DNA of 64,000 bases from Cyanophora paradoxa CCMP329 (lineage: Eukaryota; Plantae; Glaucophyta). The DNA is taken from assembly GCA_004431415.1 (NCBI GenBank), contig QPMI01000221.1, positions 1 through 64,000 on the forward strand, given 5' to 3'. The notes under the pieces were generated by a model, which was not told the DNA's origin, ran no database searches, and worked only from the letters and a program-made list of their open reading frames with translations. This document shows, piece after piece, positions 47,534 to 59,389 of this stretch. A program made the position numbers and the translations under genes. The stretch's first letter is position 1, and the number at the start of each line of letters is the position of its first letter.

Positions 47534-48057
47534 GGTGTTCTCTTTGCAACGTAAAGCCGCAAGAACAAGATGCCAGGGAGAGCACTAGGCGCGGGATTTG
47601 ATCTGCAGCTCGCTGCAGAATCCGGCGCGGAGATCTCGCGGTCACGCAAGAGCGCGACTCAGGGACACTTAGAGAGCTGCTCGCAGCAGTCTCCGTGGCA
47701 CGGTTGCTCGCAACCGGCGATGGGACAGGCAATGATGAGACTCTCGAGAGAGAGCTCGGCGCGTGCGCTTCGGTCTGGGGATGACCCGAAGCCCGCGATA
47801 GGCACTAGAGACGTTTCCGGTGCACTACCGTCCAACCGCAAGCGGTACAGGGCGGCGCACTCAAACGCAAAGCAACCGTGGGGACGGCGCTCGCGCGGAA
47901 AGCAGGTCTCTGGCTCCAATAGACACTGGGCAAGGCGGCGCAGCGATGCGCGCTGCGCGGCGGGGCTGGGGAGAGCGATACGGACTCAGACCCTTGAAGG
48001 TTCGATTCCGGCAGAGTGGCGCACCAGGCGCCGAGACGCGAGTCTCACATCGGAACG

Positions 48058-48130
48058 GCCCTCTTGGCTCAGTTGGTAGAGCTGTTGCTCTACGAGCCAA
48101 GATCCCCGGTTCGGATCCCGCGGACGGGAT
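48058..48130 (+). pseudogene. Degenerate tRNA-like sequence (probably tRNA-Arg ACG derived) inside LTR element, copy 1
   Basis: TGGCTCAGTTGGTAGAGC (A box/D arm), CTACGAGCCAAG, GGTTCGGATCC (B-box-like); stems pair poorly. Confidence 0.7.
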
Positions 48131-48243
48131 TTCGGAACGGAGGGGGAAGAGGCCGGGGGCGCGTTGTAAAAGAGAGCTCAAGCTCGATCAAATTCCCGGC
48201 AGTGGCGCACCAGGCGCCGAGACGCGAGTCTCACATCGGAACG

Positions 48244-48316
48244 GCCCTCTTGGCTCAGTTGGTAGAGCTGTTGCTCTACGAGCCAAGATCCCCGGTTCGG
48301 ATCCCGCGGACGGGAT
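48244..48316 (+). pseudogene. Degenerate tRNA-like sequence, copy 2 (186-bp tandem unit)
   Basis: Identical to 48058-48130. Confidence 0.7.
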
Positions 48317-48395
48317 TTCGGAACGGAGGGGGAAGAGGCCGGGGGCGCGTTGTAAAAGAGAGCTCAAGCTCGATCAAATTCCCGGCAGTGGCGCC

Positions 48396-48675
48396 TGTCG
48401 CGTGCGAGATTAATGTGTCTAATCGTGCGCGCGGGACGCCCGTGCGGAGTGCAAGCTCGGCAGGGCAGGGAATGGCGAGTGTCGCTGTAGTTAGTCACCA
48501 AACCTCGACTCTGGGTGTACCCGTCCAGATACGGCGTACCCCGACACGAATACAAGTGACCGCGGCGCTCTAACTAGCCTAGGCGCCGTCGGTCCAGCAG
48601 CTCGAAGGCTGACATAATCTAGAGCCCTAGCGGCTCACAAATATAAATGAGCGTCCGATAATGTCGGATGCGACA
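48396..48675 (-). repeat. 5' LTR
   Basis: Direct repeat of 42940-43219. Confidence 0.95.
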
Positions 48676-49429
48676 CAGTGAGCCGGGGACCGTCGGACGC
48701 CGTGACGCCGTGACGGCCGCGGGTTGGGGGCCGGATGGCACTATGGCAGCTGCAGGCGCGCATGCATATGCCCGCGATTCCCGGCCTCGCCGGGCTCCGA
48801 GGCTCGGCGGTACCCGGTGCCACGTGCACGGTGCGGCCCCGCGCGCGCGCCGCGGCCGCGCCGGCGCCGTGCGCCGGCCGGCGGCCGTCTGGCCCCTCAG
48901 GGGCTGGCCCATGGCCAGTGGCCCGGCGGCCCCTGGCTCGTACTACTAGGCTACTAGGGCTACGTCCGTCCAATTTTGTGCACGTGAACTCGGAAAAGAA
49001 TTTCGAGACGAGCCTCTAACTCATAATAGATACAGAGAGCGGATTTAAATCTAAAGATCTTTCAATCGGTTGCGATCTCCCACGGCCGCGATCGAGACGG
49101 CTGCAGGTTGCGACTTTTTGAGACATTCGCAGCCCACGATCAAAGCTCGGCCGTGAGGGAGCCACGCTGCAAATAAAAAAAAAACATTCACACGACTCAG
49201 TGACGCATCGCGAAACACGCAAAAGCGCCGCGGGGATCAAACCTGGGATAGGATGAGGTGCAGGGACTCGTTTACGCCCACCACGAATGCCGTGAGCGTT
49301 ATCTGTGAGGTTGCGGGGCTTAATGCGTGAGAAAATTAAATAACTATAATCCCGGCGAGCTGCAGATCGCGACCGGAAGGTCGGATGTGATTGTACAAGA
49401 TGCTAAATATTAGCATCTCTGCGGGAGCT

Positions 49430-50703
49430 CATGAGCGATCGCCATAGGCGCGGCGGACCACGAAGGACGCGATGCCGACAGAGGTCGAGCTGTTGACCTG
49501 CGCGGCGATGAGGGCGGGGTGCGTCAGCCACGCGGGGCTCAGGCGTGCAGGGTCGGCGAGTCGCGCCGCGGAGCCGCCGACCACGCCCCCCTACCACCCT
49601 CTCGCTTCGGCCGGGCCACGGGACCGCACCGTGAAGAGGTAGATGCCGGTCGTGAACGCCTGCGGGATCGATTGTACGATCTGCGCCGCAGAGAGGGAGG
49701 TCGTTCGAAAAGCACGGCACGCACAGAAAGCAGATACGGTAGATCTAGGCGCCCCAGCCCACGACCACACATGCCCTCGCGCGAGCCACGGAAGCTCACG
49801 CAGGATGTGTCTTAAATGGCAAGCCGCCCTATCTAGGCATGCCAGCGCCGGGTCGCACGCGTGCTAGCCCAGGACAGGTAGGACCCAGGGCCCCAAGCCG
49901 CCGGCGCGCGAGGGGCACCTTCAGGACTAGGGTGAAGATGGCTCGGAGTCTGCGGATCTCCCCCACGCGCTTCGGGTCGCTGTGCAGGATCTGCGGGCGG
50001 CGGGCGCGCGTCGGGCCGGGCCCGCCTCGCCCGACGGGCCGCGGGCCGCGCGCGGGGCCCGGGCGGGGCGCGCCGGGGCCGGCGCACCACGAAGGGCCCG
50101 ACGGCGGGGATGCACGCGAAGGCGATGTCGAGGCGGCTGCGCGGGGACGACCTCGTCGGGTGAGCCGGCTGCGGCGCGGCCCCGAGGAGGGCGGCGGGGG
50201 TGGGGCGGGCCCGGGGGCGCGGGCTACCGCACCGCTGGAAGAGCGCGGTGAAGAACTTGAGCATGTAGACCGTGGACGCCGCGAGGGTGAAGGCCAGCGA
50301 GGCGCCGAAGTAGCTGTACCCCGTCCCATAGGTCATGTAGAGCCAGATGGAGAAGTACCTGCGGGGCGCGGGGGGTCAGCGCGACCTCGCCACGGGCCCC
50401 GGGCGGGTCGCTGCACGGGGCGGGGCGCGCCAGTCGGACGCGAGGTCGGCGTCCTCGATCAGCTGGGAAAGGGTCGCCAGCATCCTCCAGGAGTACGACC
50501 CCTGCGGCCGCTTCAGCCGGGACCGCCGGGCCAGGCGGCGCCCAGCGCGGCCGGGGCGAGCGCGCCGAGATGTACGGGCGGGAGGGGCGGCCTTGGTACG
50601 GATCGCCTCCGTACTCCTCGAGCTCCGGCCTCTCGCCGTACGGGTCCTGGGCGGGCCCGTAGGCGTCGTACTGTGGCTGCCTCGGCGTGCGATACGGATC
50701 CAT
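49430..50703 (-). CDS. Hypothetical multi-pass membrane protein (weakly XK-related-like), multi-exon
   Basis: MDPYRTP...LIEDADLASDW|YFSIWLYMTYGTGYSYFGASLAFTLAASTVYMLKFF...QSIPQAFTTGIYLF; hydrophobic segments separated by introns. Confidence 0.55.
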
Positions 50704-50979
50704 CGCTGGAGGCTCAGAGGGTGCCACAACGCTTCGAAAACGAAGCGGAACAGCGATGCGAGGCTGGACGGAGCTCGGCGAGCCGGTGAAGCGCTAGTCT
50801 CGGAACCTCGGGAGCCCTGAAGTCAAGCGGGGACTCGAGCTACCGCCGCGATTTGAATGCTGGACGTTAGGAAACGCCAGTAAGCTTGGCCCAGCGACGC
50901 GAAATAGCTGCAGCTAACTGTCGGATGCGAGCTGGCGTACCCCCCTTGTGCTGCCAACTCAGTGCCAAGCCAGCGAGAT

Positions 50980-52433
50980 ATGGAAGAGCCTGCGCGCACC
51001 GTTGTCTTTTCGGACATCGATGGCACGCTAGCGTTCTACCCCGAGCAGTTCGACGGCGCGGGCGAGCTCACAAGTTCACAGGACGGGCGCCCCGCGTACA
51101 AGTGCGCCCTCTTGATCTGCGGCGCCCGCTGCGTGGATCGCGCAGCTTCCGGTGACCGGGGGCGCGCAGGGATTTCGCGACGGGACGCACGCTCCCTTGC
51201 AAGGCACTGCCGACGTCCACCTCGAAAGCAGCGTACATCAGCGAGCGGTCCGTACATGCAGTTGCTGCGCGCAGGCGCCGATTCGCGACGCAGGACAATC
51301 GAGCTGGTGCGGGCTCTCCAGGCGCGCGGCGTCCTCTTCGTTTTAGTCACCGCCGTTCGTATCTCCACCTTCCTTGCAAGGAAGGTCCGTCCCCAGCATG
51401 CTGCGAGCTGCTCCACACTGACCTGCAGCTCGCCGCACGCCGCGCCGCAGCCGCTGCTCCCGCCCGCGCACTACGCTTGCATCGAGAACGGCGGCCGCAT
51501 CTTCAAGTACAATGACGCCAGTGCGCGGTGCCCTCGGCCGATTTGGAGCTCCTATCGTCCGCGCCGCTCACCGCTCGCTCGACTCTCAGCCGACGCCGGC
51601 AGTGCGTACGAGGAGGACGAGGAGTGGGCAGCCGCCCTCGCGCCGCACACGGGCGGGGCCCCGGGCGCGGAAGGCGAGGCGAGGGGCGGCACGCTGTGGG
51701 ATTTCCACCGCGGCGCCCTCGCCGCCGGCTGGAAAACGGATCACAAGAGCTACACCGCCGACTTCCGCGTCGACCTGGGCGCCAACCCCGGGCGTACCCC
51801 GGCCGACCTCGACGCTCTGCGGCGGGAGGCGGCCGAGAGGGGCATCGCATCCTCCCACAACCTCGGTGCCCCTTTGCGCTGCGCTGCCAGGCTTCCGGCC
51901 CTTTCCTCACCGTACCCCTCCCCAGGCAAGTGCGACTTCTACCCCAAGCAGTCGGGCAAGGTGTGTATCCATCCCCCATCCCACCGATTCAAGGATCCCT
52001 TAGGGGGTTTGCGCATGCAGGCGAACGCAGTGCTGTATCTGATGAGGAAGCTGGGGGTGGACCCCGAGTCCTGCCACGCTTGCTTCGACGGTGCCACCCT
52101 TTCTCCGATTCTAGCTCTCGGGGAAGCACGAAATAAACCGCGCGCCGCGCGCAGACGATAACGACGTGGAGATGGGCGAGGTGGTCGGGCGGGGCTGGCT
52201 CACGGGCTGCACGGGCGCCGGCGCGCTCCCGCCCTCCGCACCTCGCCCCCCCGGCGCGCCTCCCTCCGCGCCTGACGAAGGTGCGATCGGCGGCAGGCAT
52301 CGAGGAGGCGCTGAGGAGGAACCCGCGCTGGCGGCTGTCGCCGGCGCGCGGCCCGCCCGCCATCGAGGGCGTCCTGGAGGAGATCCTCGCATCCCTGCCG
52401 CCGCCCCCGGCGCCCCACGCCGCCGCCTCCTAG
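50980..52433 (+). CDS. HAD-superfamily hydrolase, subfamily IIB (Cof/sucrose-phosphatase-like)
   Basis: VFSDIDGTL (motif I), VLVT, IENGGRIF, DFYPKQSGK|ANAV (motif III), CFD|DDNDVEM (motif IV). Confidence 0.9.
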
Positions 52434-52922
52434 CTCGCCCCGCCGGACCGACCCGGTGACCCGCGCGACGGCCGCGGGGCGCCGTACTGCGGCATCGTTG
52501 CCGCTCCCTTCAAGTTCAATGAATTATGTATAATATCAGCGATTCGATATATATCCCGCGCGCCGGCGCGCGCGGCTGTGCTCCAGCTGCATGCGCGCGC
52601 GCAGCTGCAGCTGCAGCTGCAGGCTGCAGTGCTGAGCCGCAGTTAGCGCATGAGCAGCTATAGCTAGCACTAGCGCGTGCGCTCAGCTGCAGATGCAGCT
52701 GCAGCGCGGCTCTCAGCTGCAGGCTGACCAGTATGCAAGCTTTCTGTATACGTACACGTACCCCACCGAAACTCCACGGAGTCCACGCCGAGTCCACGGC
52801 GAGTCCACGGTCTCCACCGCCTCCGCGCGACTTCGCCGAGCATTGCCGGTGGGTGCATAATACTCGCACGGGCTCGGCAGCCGCGGCAGCACTGACTTCT
52901 CTGCTCAGCCCGGACAATTGCG

Positions 52923-54504
52923 ATGCTCAGCCGGCCGGCCTCCGCCGGCCTCTTCGCGCTCGCACCGCTCCCGCTCGGCATTCCTGTTCTCGCCGGCGCC
53001 GCCGCTCTCGCTCTGGCCGTCCTTCTCCGCGGCCCGAGCGAAAAGCACACCGCAGACGCTCGGGCTCGCGCTCTCCAGCGCGGCGATCCACTCACGACAA
53101 TTGTCTACATGCGGACAGGTTTGCGCCTGCTGTCCGGAAATCGATCCCTGACGCCCCGCTCCCTGCAGCTGCTCCCTCGAGCTGGCCGGAGCGCAATCTC
53201 CTGCTCCGCGACGCGGCGTTCGCTGCTGGGCAAGCCGTCGTTGCGCACAAGTGTGCCCCTGCCTGCGGCTGGCTCAGCCCGCTTTCTGCGCACGCCGCGC
53301 GCTCGCCGGGATGGCTGGAGCGGACACCGCCCGCCTCCGCGGGGACGCCTAGTGCTCTCCACTGCCTTCCTCACTTTGTCCCTGGTGCTATCTATCAGGT
53401 TCAGCGCCAGGCTCGTACAGCTGGTCACCGGCAACTTCGAGAAAGACCGCGCCGCAGGCGTCCGGTTTTTCTCCAACATGACCGCGGCGCGCCCTCGCCC
53501 TCGGGATCGCCGTCCTGCCGGGGCGCCGCGCATGCGCTCACTTTCGCGCCAGGAGGAGAGGATTGTCATGAACGCGGCGCGCCCTCCTTCGCCTCCCGGC
53601 CCGTGCTAAGCGCGCGCTCACGTTCGCGCCAGGCGGGGCCGGTGATGGTCGCTCTCCACTTCACGGTGCGGCCAGCGAGTTTGCCGGGCTCGCCGCGGGT
53701 TCTGACGTCTATCCCAGAAGGAGGACGCGCTGTCGATGCCCGAAATCTGGACCCCCGACGTGGAATTCGCCGCGCGGGCAATTGGCGCCGTGGATCCATT
53801 CAGCGAGCTCCCGGACCTGCTTCTTCCTCCGAGGCCGCCCTCCCCCCACCGCCGCCTCGCGACCCGCCCGGTGTCGCTGGCCCGCCCGGCGCGCTGCCCG
53901 TCGTTTCGAGCCGCCGACGGGTCCCGCAGTTCGAGGAAGACTCGCTGGAATTCCAGCTGGCGTACTCCGCGTGGCGGCATCGGGCCGTTGAGGAGGGGCG
54001 CGGCGCCCGGCCGCTGGAAGCCTACTTTGCGAGTGAGTCCGGCCTGGGCCGCAAATGCGCGGCCCAGGCCCCGCCCGACTCGCGTGCGCGCGCGCGTGCA
54101 GCGCGCAGGGCTCTCGAGATCCTACGCGAGGGCTGGCCGGCGGTGAGCCCGCCCGCCCGCCCGCCCGCCCGCCCGCCCACCCGCCCCGCCGCCCTGCCTT
54201 TCGCTTGGGCACGCGTGACCGCGGGCCCTCCGCCTCGGCGCGCGACAGGTGGTGGCGCTGACGCAGGCGCTCTTCCAGCGCCGCGCCCTCGGCGGGCAGC
54301 AGGTCCGCGCCCTCCCGCAGGCCCCCACTCCGCCCCGGCCGCCCACGCCGGCGCGTGCAGGCGACGGAGCTGATCGAGGTCGCCATCGCCGGCGCGGCCG
54401 GCGCCCCGCCGGCCCGCCGGGACCGCCGCCCCAGTGCGCCGGCGCCCGCCGGCGACAGAGCGGCCGGTCGATACGAAGAAAGGCCCATCGCCCTCGCCTC
54501 CTGA
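52923..54504 (+). CDS. Peptidase M41/FtsH-C-terminal-like protein with degenerate zinc motif, N-terminal hydrophobic segment
   Basis: RDAAFAAGQAVVAH aligns with the AxHEAGHAVVA consensus. ALEILREGWPA|VVALTQALFQRRALGGQQ|ATELIE matches the M41 terminal helices. Confidence 0.55.
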
Positions 54505-54844
54505 AGCCCGCAGCCTAAAGCTACCTTCCTGCCCTTTGAGCCAGCCACTGCCCGTCTGTAATTATGAACAACGTCAACCTCCTCGCTGCAGTGCAACATG
54601 GGCAATCTCATCATGTCTTAAAAGACAATCCCTGAAAAGCAAACGGACAACTTGGCAAGTAGCGGCACTACCGATGATACGCGAGCGCGGGTCTAACCGG
54701 TCGAAGCACATATATACCTATCTTGCCCCAGATCTAGATGGGGACGCGGCTCAGGCACACGGAAGGGTCCAGTACAGGGCAAGCGTTAACGTCCAAGACA
54801 GCGGAGCAGCGTGAATCAGTGAACATAGAGGCCCCCGACGGGCC

Positions 54845-57248
54845 TCATTCGACGCTCCGGGGCCTGTTGTCGAACTGCGCTCGCAGCGCCTGGTGGTTCT
54901 GGTCGAACTGCGGGCCCGGGGGTATGGCGTTACTGCAGCGGGGCCTCGGCGGAGGGGGGCACGGGTCGCGCACCGGCGTGACGTGGGAAGTCTCGTAGGG
55001 CGTGGGGCCGGAGACCTCGTCGACGCGGAGCGCGGGGGCGGCGGGGGCGTCGAAGTGGTGGACGGGGTCGTACTCGGGGCCCTGCGGGGCGCGTGAGCGG
55101 CGCGGCGAACGAGCGCGAGGGGGGCGGGGCCGGAGGGGACCTCCTCGACGGTGGGGATGATGGAGCGCGGTTGCTGCCCGGGCGCCGACGAGCGCCGGCT
55201 GTTCGCGAACGACGCCGCCTCTGCGGGGCGCGGCTCGGCGGGGGCGGGGCGGGCGGGCGGGGCGCGGGGCGCGGGGCGGCACCGTGGGCCTGGGCGACGA
55301 GGGCGGGGTCGGGGATGTCGGTCATGGAGGCCCGCCGGAAGGTCTGGCTCCGGATCACCGACGGCTTCGGCGTCAGGCCTGCCCCCGCACCCGCACCCCG
55401 TGAGCGCCCCCCCTGGCGGGGCGGGCCGGCGGCGGCGGCGAGGAGCCGCACCGGCGCCGTGGGCGGGGCTGATGGTGCCCGGCCCGAAGCTCCGGGGTTG
55501 CGATATCGAGCTCTGCGGCGCGCCGCGTCGGCAAAAGAAATAGCGGTCCGGGAGGCTGTCGGTGCCGGGGCGAGGTCTCGCCTGGCGGGAGAGTCCGGTG
55601 GCGAGGGGTACGGCGAAGGAGGAGGAGCGGGAGAGGCTCTTCGTGCGCTCGATGACCTGCGGGGGTGCGGGGTTCGGCGCGGGCGCGCCCGCGGGGTCCA
55701 GGGCGGCTCACGTCGGCGGGGAGAGGGGTCGTCTGCGGCTTGGGCGCCGTCGGGTCGCGCCCCTTCGACGGGACCTGCCGCGTACCCGCTCGGGGGGTAC
55801 CGCAGCGCACGGGGAAGGGAGCGGGGGGGTACGGGGTACCGCAGTATCGAGCTCCTCGATCGCGTCGCGCAGGCGCGCCTCGAGCTTCGAGCTGCTGAAG
55901 CTGCGCGCGCGCTTCGGCGGCGGAAGGGGAAGAAGCCCCCCGCGCGGACTCGAACCTGATGTCCACCACGACGAACTGGGTCAAGTCTCCCCAGTCCTTG
56001 ACCTGGGGTAGGGGGCGGTCAAGGGACGGACACGGCGTGGGGACAAACCGGCAGGGAACGCCATCAGGGGCACTCAACGTATTTAACCTGAGGTAGCGGG
56101 CATTCAGGGGGGTGGGGAAGGGGGGGGAGGGGGGGGGGGGAAGGGAGGGGAAGGAGGCAGCGCGGACCTTGTCGTACATCTGGCGGGCCTCCTTGAGGTC
56201 GAGGCGGTCCTTCCAGAGCTCCTTGACGAAGTCGGCGGAGGCGAAGTTGGGCCGCTCCGGCGCCTCCCGCACCACGTCGATCAGGTACGTCTGCGCCCGC
56301 CCGCCCCCGAGCCGCTCGGCGCGCGGCGGCCGGGCGGCCGAGGCGGCGGCCGGGGGGCACCTGGACGACGTCCAGGAACTTGAGGGGCTCGATGTCCGTG
56401 AGGGCGTTGTTCTTCATCGGATCCTGCCACCCGCGTGAGCCGCACGGAAGTTGGCGCCGCACGCGAGCGGCCGGCCGCCGGCGCGGTTGCTCGCCTTGTC
56501 TGCGCGGGGAGGGGCATGGCGGTTAGTTGGGGGGGCGGCGCGCGGCGGCCGCGGGGCGGGCGAGCGGCGAACGCACAGAAGATCCAGTTGAAGGGCCCGC
56601 CTGCAGGGCGGGTGCGAGTGAGCGGCGGGCACAGGAACGGACGCGGGGCGCGGGGCGCGGGGGCGCGGGGGCGCACCGAGGAAGGCGGTCTGCTCGTGGA
56701 TCTTGACCTGCTCGTGGATCGTGCCCCGGCTGCTCGAGAACGCCAGGAAGAGGGGCTTGCCTGCAGACACGCCGCTGCGTCGGCCGCGGACGCCGCTGAC
56801 CGGGCCGGTGGCGCGTCCGCTGGCGGACCGGCAAGGTACTCGACGCGAAAGAGGATGCGCTCTCGGAACGTGTTGTTCGGGTTAAATACATCTGTCGTGT
56901 ACTGCGCCCCGCTCAGCGCCAGCCGCGGGGGTGCCTGAGAGCCTCGGAGAGGACGTACGGCGACGCCCTTGTGGATCTTACTGCTCTCGTTGGTCAGGCC
57001 GCGCTCTATCCTTCTCCCAACGACCCGAATGCGGTGCTCTCCGAAAGTGCACCTGCGCGGCAGGCGGACACACAACCTCTGATCAGCAGCCGAGGGACTG
57101 GATTGTCAATCAGACGAAGCCAGGATCGCACCCTTCGACGCCCAGGTTCTTGATCTCATCGATCTGCGCCGCTACGTCTGAAAAGACCGTGGCGGGCCCC
57201 GCGACCCGAACGCACGGCGTCGTGAACTTGTGTGACGGTGCTCAGCAT
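54845..57248 (-). CDS. Hypothetical multi-exon protein
   Basis: Exon chain with clear splice sites (YTTDVFNPNNTFRERILFRVEYL; DPMKNNALTDIEPLKFLDVVQ; VKELWKDRLDLKEARQMYDK|VKDWGDLTQFVVVD); family not recognised. Confidence 0.6.
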
Positions 57249-57617
57249 GGCGGCTGGGCGCAGTAGCGGACGTCCTTTAAGCGTGATGGACCGGACTGAT
57301 ACTGAGGCGCTGCTGGAGCCGGTTGAGAATCGAAGTCGACCGCGCCTCCGTCTTCGGAGGTTGGGGCTCGAGGGGGCCGGGGGGTACGAGCGCTAGCTCT
57401 GGATCGACGCACGAGGCGCGCTCATGCAGTCGCGGCTGGCGCTCTGCGATGGGCTCCGCTTGCAATTGTTCCAAGCGTGCGGTATCGCTCGAGCTCGAAC
57501 TGTTATCTCGGAGCTCGCCGCAGCGCTGGCGCTGGCGCCGCGGCACCCGCGCGCGCGCGCGCGTTCGCGTTCATCTAGATGGTCTGTAAGCAAATGGACC
57601 GGGAGTACCAGCCGACG

Positions 57618-59196
57618 TTAATTTTTTGATTTGACGACGCGCTCTGATCTGGACCCTGGAGCCGCTGCGCAGCGTTCGGGGGATCCGATGATTGGGATGG
57701 ACGAGAGGAGGATGGGCGCCGGCCGAGGTCCGGGATGCCCGCAGGGCAAAGACTCGGGGAGAGAGGGGGAAGGGAGCCAGGCAGGACGGCCGAGCCAGCC
57801 CGCCGGCGCTATACAGCCTCGCCGTAGAAAGGTTGCTCGCCAAGGGGCTTCTCGCAGCCCTCGAGGCAGCACTTGCCCTGGGCACGCAGTTAGACGAGGG
57901 GTACGTAGATGTTGAGCGCGCGGGGGGGGGAAGGGTGGGACCACACCTGAGCCTGCCACTCGCGGTGCCTGAGCCAGGAGCTGCTCGCCTTCCCCTCTAC
58001 GCTCCTGACAAATGCAGAGGCCATTTAGGGGGGCGCACAGGGCGGGAGCGGGGGACACGGACGCGCCTGGAGTCGCTGGCGGAGACGTGGGGGATCACGA
58101 GGAGGCTCAGCGGCTTCAGGCCGCGCTCCCCGCGGGTTCTGTTGATCGCCTCGCCGCCGGCCTCGGTCTCCTGGCTGCGGGCACCGTCAGCTGGGCGCCC
58201 CTCGGATCTGCGTCCGGGGAGGGCCTCGGAGGGCACCTGACGACGAGGCACTCGAGTTCCGCAGAGACGGTCGTGGGCCCGTAGGGCTCTTCGAGGCGTA
58301 TCATCTGCCCGCGCGACGCGTCAGCGCCTGGCGGGGCGCTGTGGCTCGACGCCGGCGCGCCTCGATCTCGATGTGGGGCTTGGAGGAGCGCAGGAAGGCT
58401 CTGACGCGGGCCATGCGGAGCTCGACCGGCTCTATGAGCGTTTTGTGTTTCTTCTTGCTCAGCATCGCCGGCCCGTCTGCGCCCCGCTCAGAAGAGACGA
58501 GGGGGCAACGGCAGGCGCCTCGCGGGCCGGGGGCGCGCCCGTGACGCCGACGTAGATCTTCTGCGTGCATGCGAGCGCGGCGACGGTGAGGAGGAGCTTG
58601 TGCCCGTTGTGAAGCCGGTCGAACGTCCCGCCGAAAGCCACGGTCCGGAAGGCCGGCCAGCGACTCGAGGACGGCGCTGGCTCGTGCGGAGCGATGGCTT
58701 GCGGTGTGCGCTCGACTCGCACGGGCGCCAGACCTCCGCGTTGCCTTCGCTTGCCGTTCAGAGCGTCCGGCGTGAGTTCTGTTGGGATGTCGCGCGGCGG
58801 TGTCAGACAGCATCGGGGGGCCGCCGGGGTTGCGCTGCACCTGGCACGTATCCGGAAGGGCAATACACGATCTCGATGTCGGGATGCAGCTCCAGACCTG
58901 CCATGGGGTCCTCGGGCGTCGCAGCGACGAGAACCCTGACATCGAGCGCGGGCCGGGCAACGATTGCTTGGCTGTAGCACTCCCCAACGAGTCGCATGAG
59001 CGCATCAAACTGTGAGGCGCACGTCAATCGCTAGGGGCGTCGCGTCGTGGACGCGCTCGCTTACCGGCCCGTCACGGAGCGAGCTGGAGAGGCAGATGGA
59101 CAAGCGATCGGCGGAAGCCGCAAGGGCCACGTTCAAAGCGGCTCTGCTTGCCTCGCCACCGTCCGGCAGCACGGCGCACGCGTACGCGCACTGCAT
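57618..59196 (-). CDS. COAD: Phosphopantetheine adenylyltransferase (eukaryotic PPAT/CoaD-type)
   Basis: VAFGGTFDRLHNGHKLLL, IYVGVT|DGPAMLSKKK, IEPVELR, LEEPYGPT, LVV|SQETEAGGEAINRTR, KASSSWLR. Confidence 0.9.
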
Positions 59197-59389
59197 TAGA
59201 AGTGGTTCCAGAGTCCAGCAGCTCGACAGCTCAGGGTGTATACTCAAGAGATCAAGAGATCAAGAGAGTCAAGACGCGTTGCTCGAGCTATCCAGCTATC
59301 TGGCAAGTAACCTGCAGCCGGAGCAGCCGCTGCAACGGGATGGAGCGCGTACCCGTTTGTCAGGGGGTACATAGAACCAGCACAATTTT

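Larger units (their letters stand above)
42940..48675 (-). mobile_element. Young non-autonomous LTR retrotransposon encoding only a Gag-like protein (TR-GAG-like)
   Basis: 280-bp LTRs TGTCGC...GCGACA with one mismatch seen; 5-bp TSD CAGTG (42935-39, 48676-80); PPT next to the left LTR sets minus orientation; no RT/IN motifs seen. Confidence 0.92.

Noticed and set aside
48058-48316. Functional tRNA genes
   Set aside because: Acceptor, anticodon and T stems pair poorly and the T-loop has G at the conserved A; treated as tRNA-like only.
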